In this document: piece after piece, positions 62,038-64,000 of the stretch
How positions within the stretch are numbered: position 1 is the first letter of the stretch
Layout: each line of letters begins with the position of its first letter
Position numbers and translations under genes: made by a program
NCBI RefSeq assembly: GCF_035084215.1
Contig: NC_090329.1
Location: 51,274,001-51,338,000 of the forward strand
DNA length: 64,000 nt
Origin: Heptranchias perlo
Lineage: Eukaryota
Reading direction: 5' to 3'
The notes under the pieces: model-generated
Told to the model about the DNA's origin: nothing
Seen by the model: the letters and a program-made list of their open reading frames with translations, nothing else
The model's database searches: none

Positions 62038-64000
62038 TAGAATCATAGAATCATAGAAGTTACAACATGGAAACAGGCCCTTCGGCCCAACATGTCCATG
62101 TCGCCCAGTTTATACCACTAAGCTAGTCCCAATTGCCTGCACTTGGCCCATATCCCTCTATACCCATCTTACCCATGTAACTGTCCAAATGCTTTTTAAA
62201 AGACAAAATTGTACCCGCCTCTACTACTGCCTCTGGCAGCTCGTTCCAGACACTCACCACCCTTTGAGTGAAAAAATTGCCCCTCTGGACCCTTTTGTAT
62301 CTCTCCCCTCTCACCTTAAATCTATGCCCCCTCGTTATAGACTCCACTACCTTTGGGAAAAGATTTTGACTATCGTCCTTATCTATGCCCCTCATTATTT
62401 TATAGACTTCTATAAGATCACCCCTTAACCTCCTACTCTCCAGGGAAAAAAGTCCCAGTCTGTCTAACCTCTCCCTGTAAGTCAAACCATCAAGTCCCGG
62501 TAGCATCCTAGTAAATCTTTTCTGCACTCTTTCTAGTTTAATAATATCCTTTCTATAATAGGGTGACCAGAACTGTACACAGTACTCCAAGTGTGGCCTC
62601 ACCAATGCCCTGTACAACTTCAACAAGACATCCCAACTCCTGCATTCAATGTTCTGACCAATGAAACCAAGCATGCCGAATGCCTTCTTCACCACCCTAT
62701 CCACCTGTGACTCCACTTTCAAGGAGCTATGAATCTGTACTCCGAGATCTCTTTGTTCTATAACTCTCCCAAACGCCCTACCATTAACGGAGTAGGTCCT
62801 GGCCCGATTCGATCTACCAAAATGCATCACCTCACATTTATCTAAATTAAACTCCATCTGCCATTCATCGGCCCACTGGCCCAATTTATCAAGATCCCGT
62901 TGCAATCCCAGATAACCTTCTTCACTGTCCACAATGCCACCAATCTTGGTGTCATCTGCAAACTTACTAACCATGCCTCCTAAATTCTCATCCAAATCAT
63001 TAATATAAATGACAAATAACAGCGGACCCAGCACCGATCCCTGAGGCACACCGCTGGACACAGGCATCCAGTTTGAAAAACAACCCTCTACAACAACCCT
63101 CTGTCTTCTGTCGTCAAGCCAATTTTGTATCCAATTGGCTACCTCACCTTGGATCCCATGAGATTTAACCTTATGTAACAACCTACCATACGGTACCTTG
63201 TCAAATGCTTTGCTGAAGTCCATGTAGACCACGTCTACTGCACAGCCCTCATCTATCTTCTTGGTTACCCCTTCAAAAAACTCAATCAAATTCGTGAGAC
63301 ATGATTTTCCTCTCACAAAACCATGCTGACTGTTCCTAATTAGTCCCTGCCTCTCCAAATGCCTGTAGATCCTGTCCCTCAGAATACCCTCCAACAACTT
63401 ACCCACTACAGATGTCAGGCTCACTGGTCTGTAGTTCCCAGGCTTTTCCCTGCCGCCCTTCTTAAACAAAGGCACAACATTTGCTACCCTCCAATCTTCA
63501 GGCACCTCACCTGTAGCGGTGGATGATTCAAATATCTCTGCTAGGGGACCCGCAATTTCCTCCCTAACCTCCCATAACGTCCTGGGATACATTTCATCAG
63601 GTCCCGGAGATTTATCTACCTTGATGCGCGTTAAGACTTCCAGCACCTCCCTCTCTGTAATATGTACACTCCTCAAGACATCACTATTTATTTCCCCAAG
63701 TTCCCTAACATCCATGCCTTTCTCAACCGTAAATACCGATGTGAAATATTCATTCAGGATCTCACCCATCTCTTGTGGTTCCGCACATAGATGACCTTGT
63801 TGATCCTTAAGAGGCCCTACTCTCTCCCTAGTTACCCTTTTGCCCTTTATGTATTTGTAGAAGCTCTTTGGATTCACCTTTGCCTGATCTGCCAAAGCAA
63901 TCTCATATCCCCTTTTTGCCCTCCTGATTTCTCTCTTAACTCTACTCCGGCAATCTCTATACTCTTCAAGGGATCCACTTGATCCCAGCTGCCTATGCAT
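62038..64000 (-). mobile_element. Young CR1 LINE, 3' part (continues beyond the window)
   Basis: 3' terminal (ATTCTATG)n octamer repeat at ~62038-62058, 3' UTR and an uninterrupted ORF2. Confidence 0.97.
62123..64000 (-). CDS. CR1 ORF2 reverse transcriptase, C-terminal 625 aa (open frame, N-terminus outside the window)
   Basis: [78 protein letters not shown] with no stop. Confidence 0.95.
   Translation of the reverse strand: MHRQLGSSGSLEEYRDCRSRVKREIRRAKRGYEIALADQAKVNPKSFYKYIKGKRVTRERVGPLKDQQGHLCAEPQEMGEILNEYFTSVFTVEKGMDVRELGEINSDVLRSVHITEREVLEVLTRIKVDKSPGPDEMYPRTLWEVREEIAGPLAEIFESSTATGEVPEDWRVANVVPLFKKGGREKPGNYRPVSLTSVVGKLLEGILRDRIYRHLERQGLIRNSQHGFVRGKSCLTNLIEFFEGVTKKIDEGCAVDVVYMDFSKAFDKVPYGRLLHKVKSHGIQGEVANWIQNWLDDRRQRVVVEGCFSNWMPVSSGVPQGSVLGPLLFVIYINDLDENLGGMVSKFADDTKIGGIVDSEEGYLGLQRDLDKLGQWADEWQMEFNLDKCEVMHFGRSNRARTYSVNGRAFGRVIEQRDLGVQIHSSLKVESQVDRVVKKAFGMLGFIGQNIECRSWDVLLKLYRALVRPHLEYCVQFWSPYYRKDIIKLERVQKRFTRMLPGLDGLTYRERLDRLGLFSLESRRLRGDLIEVYKIMRGIDKDDSQNLFPKVVESITRGHRFKVRGERYKRVQRGNFFTQRVVSVWNELPEAVVEAGTILSFKKHLDSYMGKMGIEGYGPSAGNWD

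Noticed and set aside
1-64000. CRISPR array, rRNA/tRNA genes or a prokaryotic system
   Set aside because: The DNA is intron-containing vertebrate sequence; no regular repeat-spacer array or RNA gene was seen.

Overview
Vertebrate genomic DNA; the CR1 LINE and Penelope-type repeat families suggest a cartilaginous fish (inference). The window is a head-to-tail tandem array of three copies of an ~18-19 kb core unit: 1-25630, 25631-45759, and 45760 to at least 62037. Each unit carries a 23-coding-exon, minus-strand zona pellucida gene of the ZPAX-like type. Hand splicing gives a 944-aa product with a signal peptide, several extra ZP-N-like repeats, a 10-Cys ZP module and a C-terminal hydrophobic anchor, but no consensus furin site. 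All three copies splice in frame with GT-AG introns. They differ by private CR1 insertions, two Penelope-type short insertions (one retains a hammerhead ribozyme core), micro-inversions and mosaic tracts; copy 2 looks like a recombinant of copies 1 and 3. The spacer holds a decayed Harbinger transposase, a hairpin MITE, CR1 tails and an orphan ZZ zinc-finger exon set on the opposite strand. The window ends inside a young CR1 ORF2. All exon calls and copy comparisons were made by eye, with no alignment or database search.
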